Assembly: GCF_006345805.1 (NCBI RefSeq)
Contig: NC_043019.1
Coordinates: 29,573,360 to 29,637,359 of the forward strand
DNA length: 64,000 nucleotides
From: Octopus sinensis
Taxonomy: Eukaryota
Reading direction: 5' to 3'
Under the pieces are notes generated by a model that saw only the letters and a list, made by a program, of their open reading frames with translations, was not told where the DNA came from and did not search any database. Positions 38,312 to 51,500 of the stretch are shown in pieces. Position 1 is the first letter of the stretch. Each line of letters starts with the position of its first letter. Both the position numbers and the translations under genes were made by a program.

Positions 38312-38745
38312 TGAAATTTTGCTTAATCAGGGCTGACACCTGAGGCTACAGAACTACTTTTTCAAGAAACCTGTAATCTTAAACTGCTGTACTACCAAAT
38401 GAAACAGTAATTGAGAGTTCATAATGCTTGAATCAATCATATGTATTGAAATTTTCTGAACACTCAAAAACAAAAGGTTTTAGGGCTTTCCCTTTTTGAT
38501 ATATTTTTTTTTACTAGTCTGGTATTTTTTGTTTTCGTTCATTTGTTTGTTTTTTTAAACTAACAAATCTTTTTGGTTATTTATTGTTTACTTGGTTGGT
38601 ATTAAAGCAGTGCACTGATTTTAATAATTGGACAAGAAGTGATCCATCCAGCCATCTATCTTCTCTACCCACTATTTCTAGGAAGTTCATCAACAAGCTC
38701 ATGGACAGGAGAGGTTTCTCCGTCACCCCTTTGAATGCTATATGG

Positions 38746-39041
38746 CAGTGGTTACCAAACTTTTTTACATTAAGGACCAGTTTCATGCAAGACAATTTTT
38801 CCATGGATGAGGGTATCATGCACATAACAAAACATATTAAAGTGCATAATATATAATATAATTATTACATATATATATATATATATATATATGTTACATA
38901 TATAAGACATATATGATACAAAAGCAACCTGCAGACTGTGGTATTCAATAAAATTTTCAAAACATTTTCTTTCTTTGCAGTTTAAAAGCAAATGATCGAC
39001 AGTCTGCTACTGGTCCATAGCCTGGTAGTTGAGGACCCCTG
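38746..39041. mobile_element. hAT/Charlie MITE with MER1-like termini
   Basis: Perfect 8-bp TSD CTATATGG (38738-38745 / 39042-39049). Termini CAGTGGTTACCAAAC ... GTTGAGGACCCCTG. Confidence 0.9.
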
Positions 39042-39294
39042 CTATATGGGACCATCATAGGTGGTATGAATAAGTTAAGTAAATCTGAGCAAACCTAACT
39101 AGATGAAAAAACCAGTCTTCAAAACTAGTGCCTGTCTTCATCTGCAAAAAAAAATATTTAATAAAAATCACAAATTTGGATTATTTCCAATGTTGTAAAA
39201 AGGCATGAATGCAGAGCCAGTGAATATAAAACCTTTCTTGAGAGAGACATTTCACACAATTTAGAGACCATGCCTCTCCAACAGCATAGAGACA

Positions 39295-39540
39295 CAGCCA
39301 TCCATCTTTTCTGTCCACTATTCCCAAGAGGGTTGTGAGGGTAAATTCCTCAGACACCTCCTACACAGGGTCCTATCTGAAACAACCATCATTAGACTCT
39401 CTGGCTGGATTCCCAAGTGTGACCAACTGTGACTGGATATTATTATCCAACCATTTGTTTTTGGTCTACCCCTACATCTCCTGCCAGTTGGCTCAGCTTG
39501 AAGAACCCATCCTGTGAGTCTTCCCTATGAGGTATCCAAA
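39295..39540 (-). mobile_element. RTE (Rex3/Expander-like) 3' fragment
   Basis: GRLTGWVLQAEPTG...GRPKT...SWSHLGIQPESL...RNLPSQPSWE*; same family as 24131-24450. Confidence 0.8.
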
Positions 39541-40511
39541 TTTGTAAATATTTATGGTGTTAATTCCAGTATCTCAAAGCAAGAAGATGTAAGATATAAG
39601 CTGTTACTTTATTTGGTTAGAAGCAGTTTTAAGAGCAACCTTTACATCCATGACCTTGGGTACATAAATAGAACACACATGCTGAGTTAGTTGGGGAATA
39701 TGTTTTCTTTATTTGATCAGTATTCTAGTAGTAGTTATTCCATATCAATTATGGCTTCGGGTACAGAAGCCATTTATAGCAATTCTAAATTATAGAAAAT
39801 CTAAATAAATTTTATAGAAGATCTAAATTATCATCTGAAGAAACTAGATGTCAATGTTTAGCCTCAGGTCCACCTTAATTGAGCAGACCTGTTCCAGTTG
39901 TGAACTGCACTGTCTCATTTTCAGAAATATAGGCCCATGCTTTTCAAAGTGTCCTTCCATTAACTCTTTTGATATCAGTTTGACCAATACTAATCCTGCT
40001 TCTATGATACACACTTTTTGTATAAAGTGATCTAAATTAAAATATCCCATTAAAATTCCATGTTGATTTATGTTCCAATTACCAGCTTGGTAATGACCAA
40101 GATATTTTAGTAAATTCTTATTTTTTTCGAAAATTTGAAAATTAAGAGGGTGTAAGAGAAATATGGTAACAAAAAAGTTAAGGCAAAAGAGTGTCATAGG
40201 AGGGAAATTTGGCTATTTCTAGCTGGTCAATCAATCACATATAGCCTCAATCATCTGTTTGGAAACTAGTAATGGTATTCACTGACAAAAATTATTAATA
40301 AAAGATCACAAGTTTAAAGCTGAGGATGTCGAAGGTGGGGACATTTCATTTAACCTGGCCACATCCTACCCAAGTATGCCTCCTGTTTTATGTTCAAACT
40401 GGACAGATCTGGCCTCTCATACCTACCCTATGTCATTCTAAAAATAGGCAATAACATCACTGAAATCTCAAAGCTATGAGACAATACATGATTAATTCAA
40501 AACAGTAAATA

Positions 40512-40926
40512 GGCGCAGGAGTGGCTGTGTGGTAAGTAGCTTGCTAACCAACCACATGGTTCCGGGTTCAGTCCCACTGCGTGGCATTTTGGGCAAGTGT
40601 CTTCTACTATAGCCTCGGGCCGACCAAAGCCTTGTGAGTGGATTCGGTAGACGGAAACTGAAAGAAGCCCGTCGTATATATGTGTATATATATATATGTA
40701 TGTGTTTGTGTGTCTGTGTTTGTCCCCCTAGCATTGCTTGACAACCGATGCTGGTGTGTTTATGTCCCCGTCACTTAGCGGTTCAGCAAAAAGAGACCGA
40801 TAGAATAAGTACTGGGCTCACAAAGAATAAGTCCCGGGGTCGAGTTGCTCGATTAAAGGCGGTGCTCCAGCATGGCCGCAGTCAAATGACTGAAACAAGT
40901 GAAAGAGTAAAAGAGAAAGAGAGAGT
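40512..40926 (+). mobile_element. type B SINE, near-consensus, inserted into a piggyBac-type MITE (about 40348-40963)
   Basis: Complete head-hinge-tail. The MITE resumes after it and ends GCTAAAGGG|TTAA at 40963. Confidence 0.92.
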
Positions 40927-43164
40927 ATCAATAAATAAGCAGAGTAATTTGAATGCTAAAGGGTTAAAGCGCTTCTTTGGAAAGAAGAGATTTAAACTCA
41001 TAGTTATAGGTCTCCTCACACAATATTTGACCTTAACTAATATTTGCAAATACTACTTACATTATTTATTCAAATATTTCAAAGCAGTAAGATGTAAAAC
41101 AGACTTTTTTTTGTTGTTTTTCTTAGCCTGCCTCCTCAAAAGAAATTGCAATGGAAACAGCCACTTTTCGTGTGTTTTGTTTATATACTTAAAAAACTCC
41201 AATAGCTGTTTTACTTTTTAGCACAACCACCCCTCCTAGCTAACTCCAATGTCTGCTATAGGATTCAGTCTGTTTAACTCATCACTCTTCTAATAACCAC
41301 TTTGTCACTAGCTGCTGACCACCTATTAACACCATTTTTGTCTGGTTATCCACTTCTTTGCTTGTGCCTTCATCTTATCTTTTTCTCCTCTGCCTCACAG
41401 TTATATATTCTCAGTGTTATAAAAGAATTTTTTAAATCCCTCTCTCTCTCTCTAAAGAAGAGCTTTGCAAAAAAACTTCAAGATTTCTGTCAACCCATGG
41501 CATAGAAACTTACCCAAAATTTGCAAATGACACTTGCTTCAGTTTGATTAATTGAAAGAAAAAACATCAAGTGATCAGTATTTTGAAACCTATACAACCT
41601 ATGGGGAAATTATTAACTAAAATAGTCACAAGCGTATCTTTATAGTTATGAAGTTTGCTTCACAACCATATACGTTTTTTCAAAAAACAGGTCACATAAG
41701 ACATGGATTATCATCAGGTGAGCTACACTATCAAAAAAAAAAAAAAAGAATTCACGGTAATTTTTCATTTAGAAGGCCCTATGAGACACAGTCTGCTCAT
41801 GAATGGACTATAAACTAAAGTGAGAATGGTTGTTATGTCAATTTTATGTCATAACATTTTTAACAAATATGTACTGTAAAATAAATTTTGATTATTTCTT
41901 TTTTTGCTTTGTTCAACTGTAGAAACAAGAGAAAATTTTAATTTCAAATGGCTTCTTTTTTTTTATTATTTCTCTTTTTAAAGAAATGCTAAAAAAAAAT
42001 GTTAAATTTATATGATCTCAAGCCAATAACATATTTTTAAGAATGCAGCAAACTTGTGAGAAATACATAAATATGAGCAAAATTTAAAATTCCCAAGATG
42101 CATTTGTAATTTTTATATAATATATTCATGTTGTTAATTACATTTAGAGTATATTTTAGAAAATTGCATATTGTTTCTATGGTACCAATTAGATTTTTGG
42201 AAGGTTTTTTAAAAATATTTTTTTAAAAACAAGTATGGATAGATGCATCTTTTTAAAAATTGTTTTTCATTTGGATACCTTTTATTAGATTAACCAGTTT
42301 TCCTTTAACCCTAGACTAGCTCTCATCAAACAAGATTTATGATGGAAAAGCATTCCAGGTATGACACTCTTGTGTTTTTTTCTTTTTTTTCATGCACAGT
42401 CCACCAGGGATTACATTATGTAATGTGTTCTTTTTGTTTATAAGATCACATTATGTAATGTTCTTTTTGTTTCTAGGGTTATGGATTGAGAGATTTGGTT
42501 GCCATTTCTAGCAAGTTGAGTGAGCTTGTAGAAAATTCCATACTAGCACAATAAAAAAAAAATCAGTCAACCATGAAGCTGATAAATACTTATTTTCGGC
42601 GAGGTAAACTTAATTTTATTGCAATATCGATATGCAAAACTAAGAATTTCACAATGTGCAACACTGTTACACTTTATGCAAATAAAACCACAATTTAATA
42701 TTTAAAAGATTAGCTTTTAAAATACTGTTACACAACATTGAATAAATAAGTACTAGCTTAATCATTCATTAAACTATTGATAATGCATAATATGTTCACT
42801 AGGATGTAACATACAATCTGTAGTACATAATGTATTCTAAACCCATATGATACCAGCCAAAATGGTGAATTGGCAGTTATTAGAGTGAAGGACAAAATTA
42901 TTTTTAATATTTCTGAAAAAAAGCATGGATGGGTTCAAACAAAAAATGGTTTTTCAAAAACTGATTTCATCTGGATGCTCTTTAACACTAATCAGCTGCC
43001 GTGGTCATAATATGAGAGAGTGTTTATTCCAGCTCAACGTAACCCTAGTGTAAAATGTGTTGAGGTCGATTTTGCCTTCCATTAATTCAGGATCAATAAA
43101 GTACCAGTCTACAGTATCAGATAAGATGCTTTACAATATTTGTTCTAGCTCTGTTTTAAGGATT

Positions 43165-43347
43165 TTAGCAAATGCTCATTTACATTGTTTTGAATTAATC
43201 GTGGCTTTTCTCATTACTCTGAGATCTTGATGAGGTGATTATTTTTAAAATGACATTGTAAAGATGTGACAGGCCAGATCTAGCTGGTTTTCACATAATA
43301 CAACTAGAATATTTTGGCCATATATGGCCAGTTTAAATTCTAAAGGG
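43165..43347. mobile_element. piggyBac-type MITE, left end truncated
   Basis: Right end TTCTAAAGGG|TTAA; interior homologous to 5373-5593. Confidence 0.7.
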
Positions 43348-44224
43348 TTAATCCATCACCCAGTTTAACGCCACTACCTGATCCTTGAGTGCCTTTAGCA
43401 GTTCACCTTGTTGCAAGCATCCTGATAAGGTCTCCAAACTCGAGGATAATTTCCTTTCTTCCTCCTACCAGTTATAAATGTCCTTGAAATATAAAGGCAA
43501 TGGACACTGCCCTTTTCTCTCCAACTAAATGGTAAAAGAAAAAAATCATGTTTGGATTTCACCTCTCTGTCTCTAATACAAACTTCTCATTTTAAATCTT
43601 TTACTGTGGAAATCAGATATATCCACTCAAAATTTCATAACCATCAACTGTGGAAGGCAGTTTTTTTTACCCCAATTTATCTTTTGTTGAGGAATGTCAT
43701 GTTTGAAATATTTTTTTGTAGAGATATGTCAAGTTTATTGAGGCAACAAGACTTGCAGAAGAAAAAAAACAACTATTTTTGGTAAACATTTAACATCATT
43801 ACCAGAATAATCATAAAATTTTATTTTGCAGTCAAAAGGTTAAAGTATTCTTATTTCAATATAAAACTTCTATCATAATTCTATGTAAGAACCTTAATAT
43901 TATGTTCCAAACACATGATATGGAAATACATGTAAAAGTTAGTTATTACACTAAATGCAACCAAATTCTTGGTTATTTTCAAAGCTTACAGATATACATA
44001 GGCAATATACTTCTGCAGATAAGAGTTAACCATATTTACATGCTTCTAACACCAAATTTTCAATGCTTCATTTCACCAGCTGAGAACTTACTATTTTGAG
44101 CTCATTAGCACTCCCCACCACCACCCCATCAGGATCCACGCTAACAATCACTTGTTTTACCACAGTACATTATAATTAATACACAATTTAAGATTTAATT
44201 GTAAAGAATTTTATGTAAATGATG

Positions 44225-44697
44225 TCAAGCCAAATGAAATCATAGCTGATGTTGGTGTCACTTAACTGGCACCCATGCTGGTGGCACATTAAAAGCACCT
44301 TTCGAGCATTGGGCCTAACAGAGTCAAGATGGCCAATGTCAGTGGCACATCAAAAGCACCTCTCAAGTGTAGGGCTTCATGGAGGCAATGATGAATGACC
44401 AATACCTTTGGTATTATGTCGTGCTTAAGAAGAAGACCCATCAAGCCAAGTAAAATCACAACTTCACAACTGTGATTTTACTTTGCTTGATACTCATGCA
44501 AATGGCACTTATGCCAGTGGTGTCACGCAAATGGTACTTATGCCAGTGGCACATAAAAGCACTCATTACACTCTCAGAGTGGTTAGCATTAGGAAGGGCA
44601 TCCAGCCATAGAAACCACACCACATCAGACTGGAGTCTGGTGCAGCCCTCCAGCTTGCCAGCTCTGGTCCAATGGATCTTAAATGATGATGATGAGA
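44225..44697 (+). mobile_element. RTE LINE 3' end (stop region + 3' UTR repeats)
   Basis: GCTTAAGAAGAAGACCCATCAAGCCAAG, GGCAC..AAAAGCAC repeats, GGAAGGGCATCCAGC, (GAT)n tail. Confidence 0.75.
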
Positions 44698-45099
44698 CTT
44701 TATAAACCACAATTTGAAGCAAAAAAGAGAAACAGGCCCACTGACATAAACTGAACCATGCATCTAATGCTTCCAAGGCAACAACATATTACCAGGTACA
44801 CTACAGTATGCTTGCTATTCCATATTCTTTGCCCCTGTATCAGTTTTTATTCAAATTTATTACTCTCCAAAGATTGTTTATTTCAACTGTACCAGTATTG
44901 TTAGATTTTAGCCCTAGGTCAACCCTGATTGAGCAGCCTTATGACCAAAAGGTTGGAGAGGGAAAACTGACATATAACCTCTGCAGCCTTGAAGTTACAT
45001 TCAGCTATTGTATAGACTACGGGAATTAACCTGGAGCAGTCAATGAAAAGGACCTTACCAGCCTATTGGCCAGCAATTCCTGCAGCCAGAAAGGCCACC

Positions 45100-45390
45100 A
45101 TTCATAACTATCTCCATGCTAGTGGACCCTGACGGATAAGGTCAACAGAATGTCTCTATGCCAAGGCTTTCCCACTATAACATTTTCATGCACAGGTCTT
45201 TGCATTGTTCATCTGTATCTCCTTTATCTGTGCATCTGACTTCAGCCTAATGAAGTCACATGAATATCCGCACAAGATGACCATACAACACAATTGTCTT
45301 TCTCAAACTCGAGAGACTACCAGGAAGAAGAATGCTCAAAAGGTGTTCCAGCCCATGGTTATGCCATCATTTATTCAGACAGTATGTGCT
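45100..45390 (-). mobile_element. decayed RTE 3' coding fragment
   Basis: ERRQLCLYGHLVR and WESLGI motifs, with frameshifts. Confidence 0.5.
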
Positions 45391-47464
45391 CATATATCTA
45401 AATATCTAGACTATATATATATATTTCAAACATATATGTCTAGAACATGTTTTTTTACGTATGTATGTGTATGTGTATATATATATATATATATGCATGT
45501 ATGTAGAAGCAACATATGTTTATCTAACTAAAACATGCCTATATCTAAAACATCTAAAACATGCTTATTTTTAGTCATTTGCAAATATCACACTAAAATC
45601 AGAAAAACTACACATTTTTTTCCCACAATTTAAAGTGGACTCCATTTTAATAGCCAAGATAAAAGTACGATGAGAAGAGCTTTTACAAACAATAGCAACA
45701 GCAATTATATTAATGATAGAAAAAAAATAGAAAAAAATAGAACTATCAACTGCATAGCACTTCAACTGAAGATTTTTTTTTTTTTTTTTACAGAATATTA
45801 AATAACTACAATCATTTAAATTGAGAAGTTACATTTCATATTCTGAAGTAATACAGACTAACTTGTAACATATCAAGAAATAGGATTTTCTATAAAAGGA
45901 AAAAGCATAGTTCTTTCAACTAGCAATTTTATCAATATTTATCCAAAATATTCATACAATCTGAAAGCCTAAATTATACAGAATTATTTCTACTTTTTTT
46001 ACATAAAAAGTTAATAAAATTTTAATTGACGCATGAGACAATACAATAATCATAAAAGTTTAAACCATAAAATTCAATTGAATAAAAACTAAAAACACAT
46101 CAATTAAGCCAACCAAGCACACAATATACAATGGCAGTTTTATAAAAGGAACCTTAAAGAGATCAATACCACTTTTATTGGATACTCCAATGGCCTTTGG
46201 TTTTGTACATTATACTATTTATTTTCTGCTATTTTTCTTCTTCTTTATGATCATTAATCCTCCAATAATATTTTTCAGGAATTCAGACAGCTTGAGGTAA
46301 CACAGCTCTTAATTTTCTATTGATCTTTCACTAACCTTTTGTGTTCAGAAGCCAAACACAAAACACAAAAAAATATAATAATGAATAAATAAATCAGAGA
46401 AAATTTATCGATATGAAATTTACAGATGCCCTACCGAGAAATATGTATCAAAAAATAGATATATAAAATAAAAAGCAAACAGAAAAGAGAAAAATCTCAG
46501 AATTTTCCAGAACATAGCATAAAATTCCAACACAGCTCTTTTCAGTTTATACTAATGACTATTGTAGTCGAATACACTATGCTAGCTTCTTGTTCATCTA
46601 ACTAAACATGAAGTATATTCATGGCTCCAGAAGTTTCCAGAAAGAACTGCCTAGATACATATAATTATCTCAATAAAGAGATATGTTAAAATGAGATCCA
46701 TTTAAACTGGAAAAGATACAAAGCATTTTAAATCAATCAACAAGGAACTTTTGCATAAAATACAATAACATATAAAAATTAATATATTTTATTCAAAATT
46801 CTTTGTATACATATACATATATATGTGGAGAGAGAGAGAGAGAAAGATGTGTGTATGTGGTCAGACAACTAAAAAGGTCCACTTTGCAACCATGTGATTC
46901 CAGGCTCAATTCCAATTCACACCACCTTTGCAAATATCTTCTATCATAGCTTCAAATTAGACAATACTCTTCAGAGTAAAACTTGACAGATGGGAACTGT
47001 GCAGAGCTAACATCATACAGTAGGAGTGGGGACAATGTGGGCTTCTGTATATGTCTGCACAACCTGCTAAAAGTTGTAGACAAATCACCCTCAAAGTCAA
47101 GCTTCCTTTCTTAAAAAGAAAAAAAAAGGACTATATGGAGAATAATGTAAACCCATATAATATAGTGTTTCTGAAAAGAATGACAGTAAATGGTTCTAGC
47201 TGGATCAACAGGTCTGATTAGGAATGACATGGAATTAAGCAAAAACAACACAATAAGCACTCCTATTTATCACATTTCAATATTAATGTTGCAAAAACAT
47301 AACTTTCATCAATGACAGTGATGCAATATAGTGGTGGCGCCATGAAAAGAAAGCACCCAGTATAATCTCTGAAGTGGTTGGTGTTAGGAGACACATCCAA
47401 CAGTAGAAACTATGCCAAAGTAGACACTGGAGCTTAGCACAGTCCTCTAGCTCATAAATGAATC

Positions 47465-47705
47465 TACTGCTAAACATGCACCTGTAAGCAGAAATTTAAA
47501 GAAGAGCACAGGTGAGCAGGGTGACTCAGGCTCTATGGGGGTCCTTAATCACCCCTAGGTGGCACCCCTCTCTCACTGGGGAATTTTGTTATAACTTCAC
47601 TGTTAATTGTTTACATGTATTTAGTGTAAATCTCCACTGTCCTTTGATTTGTGTCATCCTTTTATTTTGTGCATGGCCCTTGTGGGCAATAAAGAAAGAA
47701 AAAAA
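47465..47705 (+). mobile_element. probable LINE 3' UTR, ending in CCCTTGTGGGCAATAAAGAAA
   Basis: Non-SINE body followed by the same terminal sequence as type A SINEs and an A-rich end. The clade (L1/Tx1-like?) is recalled, not verified. Confidence 0.55.
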
Positions 47706-48078
47706 TATTAAATCTTCCCCTCCTTTGGCTCCTTTGATTCATGATAGAGCAGAAATCTCTTCTGGCAGAGTTTATTAGCTATGACTTGAATTATACAACT
47801 TACTTCATTCTAAAGCATTAACATAGATAAGAATTCTGATCAATAATTAATTATTTAAACTATGTTTTACAAAATCACATGTTAAACATAAATGTGTACA
47901 TAGGTGCATGCATGGCTGTGTGGTAATAAGTTTGCTTCCCAACCACATGGTTCTGGGTTCAGTCCCACTGATTAGCACCAGCTTCATTTCTTTCTAGTCT
48001 TTTGTGTGTCCTCTACATTCAGAGCCCACATTTCACTATCATGTAGCATTGCTTTTCATACACAAGTATCATGCCTTT

Positions 48079-48115
<37 letters not shown>

Positions 48116-48117
48116 TG

Positions 48118-48520
48118 TGGGGAGACCTTTTGTTACTAACATAGGTAATAGCCCTCTGAACTTTCTCCATCCTGTTCTTATTCCAACAACTATACTTTCA
48201 GAACATCCTCCTCCATGGCTAATTAGGTCACCTAATTGAAGGCGGCAAGCTGGCAGAAACGTTAGCACGCCGGGCAAAATGCTCAGCGGTATTTCGTCTG
48301 CCGTTGCGTTGTGAGTTCAAATTCCGCCGATTTGACTTTGCCTTTCATCCTTTCGGGGTCGATGAATTAAGTACCAGTTACGCACTGGGGTCGATGTAAT
48401 CGACTTAATACCTATGTCTGTCCTTGTTTGTCCCCTCTATGTTTAGCCCCTTGTGGGTAATAAAGAAATAGGTCACCTAAGTAACAAAAACTATGTAGTA
48501 TCACTAGGGAACTTCCTAAC
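48118..48520 (-). mobile_element. RTE ORF2 (RT C-terminal region) fragment interrupted by a SINE
   Basis: Removing the SINE and one TSD gives GSSLVILHSFCYLGDLISHGGGCSESIVVGIRTGWRKFRGLLPMLVTKGLP (YLG motif of non-LTR RT). Confidence 0.85.
48236..48468 (+). mobile_element. type A SINE, young, with TSD
   Basis: 12-bp TSD TAGGTCACCTAA (48224-48235 / 48469-48480). Confidence 0.93.
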
Positions 48521-48544
48521 CATTTGAGAACATTTTATTTCCCA

Positions 48545-48844
48545 CTAGCAGTATCGCTCGGCGTGGCTCGGGTTTGTAAGGGAAATATGTATATAAGCAT
48601 TTTTAGAGAGTTACTTCCCTTATATAATAGCAAAAAAAATGCATTGAAAATGGGAAAAAATTATGGTAATTTTTTTTTTAAATCGTAGACTCATCGTAGA
48701 CGCACGCTAATACCCAGAAGGGCTCGATATTAATCACGACTATAAGATACCCGCTTTTGGTTAAACTGCACCGCAAAATGTGGGAGTAATTAGGAATCTA
48801 AATTGTAGGAGACAGACACACAACTTCACTTTTATATATAAAGA
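48545..48844 (-). mobile_element. complete 300-bp non-autonomous Helitron
   Basis: Minus strand reads A|TC...hairpin...CTAG|T: canonical termini, inserted at an AT site with no TSD. Confidence 0.88.
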
Positions 48845-50719
48845 TGTATTCTCAGTATTTATTGCTCCTGCACATCTGCCACAAACTAAGTTTACTTTCT
48901 CTGTTAATCTTCCTGCAACCTCATTGCATCTCTGTGTCCATAGCTTGCACCAAGTACACTGTATGGAATTTCTACCTACATCCAGTACACTGTAAAGTGG
49001 TTGGCACTATTTAAAAAGAAGATGCATCAGATAATGATACACAGTTCTAGACATACATGTCAGAATAAACGGCAGGATGATCTTCACAGCTAGAATGCCT
49101 TTGATTAGAGCTTCACTCAGAGTTGATTGAGGTTAAATAACTATGTTTTACTAAATCACTGCAAAATTTTAATTATATTGAAAATAAACAGATAGGTAGT
49201 CTACACATTAGAAACAGGACAGCTTTTATCTTTTAGCTGTTTTAGTCATTGAATTGTTGTCATGCTGGAGCACCACCTTGGAGGGTTTGGTCAAACAAAT
49301 TGACTCCAGTACTTTTTTTTTTCAAGCCTGGTACTTATTCTTTCAGCCTCTTTTTGCTAAACTCTTAAGTTACAGGAATGTAAACAAACTAATACTAATT
49401 GTCAAACAGTGGTGGGGGTGGGACAAGCACACACACGATAGGCGTTCAGTTTCTGTCAACCAAATCAATCAAAAGGCTTTGGTTGCCCAGGGGCTATAAT
49501 AGAAGACACTTGCCCAAGGTGCTACACACAAAGACTGAATCCAGAACCATTTTGTGGGGAAGCAAAATTCTTACCACACAGTCATGCTTGTACCTTTATC
49601 ACACTGCCATGCCTCTGATGATGATTGTAAAATAAATCACTTGAAACAATCTATTTGAAAGACAAGGTTATAAGTTTCAGATATTTAAATTATTTCACCA
49701 GTAATATTCTAGGATCAATTCTATTAGCTGAACTTCCTCAGCTACATAAAATGTAAAGAAATCAATAAAATTCTTTAAGAGATAATAATTATTTTCTTAT
49801 AAAAAAGGAATTAATCTTCACAAAATCAAATTATTTCTGACAAAAATTAATTGTTTCTTCATTTTAATGCATAAATTATGGATTTTTTTATTTTCATTTT
49901 TTTAGTCATGTTATTTTAAAACTATTTTACACCATCATCAATTTATATCTTTAGTATAATAAAGTACCATTGTCTGACGCTTGGCTAAATATTAAATATA
50001 TAGACTCTGCATAGTAAAGAAAGAATGGAAGAATTATATGTGTTCACCACCTTCCTAAATTTGGCATCTTTCACCTATATTACGCAAGTAAAAATAGAAA
50101 AGAAAATAATGCAACATTATATGCACAATTTGTGTGTTATTGAATCACGTCAGTGTTTTCAACTGAAAATTGAAATTTAGTGAAAGAACAGCAATTTAAT
50201 ATTCTGTACCCAACCCAGAAAATTTATTTACCCTCCTTCATGTTTGAAGAACTAAATGCTTTGCACTATTGTAACCAATGAGACTTGGGGTTAAAATGCT
50301 CTCCTTAAATCCTACTACTACAACAATTATAAGGGAAAAAGTGTGGCTATGTGGTAAGAAGCTTACTTCCCAAACACATGGCTCAGGGTTCAGTCCCACT
50401 GTATGCCACATTGGGCAGGCGTCTTCTGCTATTGCTTTGGGTAGACCAAAACCTTGGAAGTGAATTTGGTAGGCAGAAATGCACGTGTGTGTGTGTGAGT
50501 GTCTCCTAGTTTTGATATCAGATGATAGTTGTAAAATGATTTTCACTGTCATACAAGAGTGTTGTTCATTTCCAATATTCTGGCCATGGGGAAATATTGA
50601 CTTGCTTGGAAAAAGGTGACGGTTGGTGACAGGAAGAGCATCCATCCATATAAAATCTCATTCAAACTCCAATGGAACCATACAAACATGGAAAAGTGCA
50701 TGTACATTAAACTTATGAT

Positions 50720-51500
50720 TATATCATCATCATCATTGTCGTTTAGCGTCCACTTTCCATGCTAGCATGGGTTGGACGGTTCAACTGGGGTCTGGGAAGC
50801 CAGAAGGCTGCACCAGTCTCAGTCTCATCTGGCAGTGTTTCTACAGCTGGATGCCCTTCCTAACGCCAACCACTCTGTGAGTGTAGTGGGTGCTTTTTAC
50901 GTGCCACCAGCACAGGTGCCAGACGAGGCTGGCAAACGGCCACGATCAGATGGTGCTTTTTATATGCCACCGGCACGGGGGCCAGGTGAGGCTGGCAACA
51001 GCCATGAACGGATGAAAGAGACCTCGATATTATGTATATATATATAAAATACTTTTTTTCTTTCCTTTTACTTGTTTCAGTCGTTTGACTGTGGCTATGC
51101 TGGTGCACCACATTTAGTCAAACAAATCAACCCCAGGACTTATTCTTTGTAAGCCTTGTGCTTATTTTATTGGTCTGTTGCTGAACCACTAAGTTATGGG
51201 GACATAAACACACCAACATTGGTTTTCAAGCGATGGTAGGGGGACAAACAGACATATATACCATCATCATCATCGTTTAATGTCCGTTCTCCATGCTAGC
51301 ATGGGTTGGATGGTTCGACCGGGGATCTGAGGCTCCAGTCTGATCTGGCAGTGTTTCTACAGCTGGATGCCCTTCCTAACGCCAACCACTCCATGAGTGT
51401 AGTGGGTGCTTTTTACATGCCAGGCGAGGCTGGCAACGGCCATGATCGGATTGGTGCTTTTTACGTGCCACCGGCACGGAAGCCAGTCAAAGCGGTGCTG
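50720..51500 (-). mobile_element. two type C (RTE-tail) retroposons flanking a type B second module
   Basis: (CAT)n-CGTTT..GTCC starts at about 50725 and 51262; type B module at about 51055-51260. Confidence 0.8.

Noticed and set aside
39096-39142. Minus-strand exon MKTGTSFEDWFFHLV after TTTTTTTTGCAG
   Set aside because: Poor donor (GTTTGC) and an in-frame stop shortly after; chance cannot be excluded.
40512-40590. tRNA genes at SINE heads
   Set aside because: A and B boxes are present, but there is no complete cloverleaf and each head continues into SINE body.
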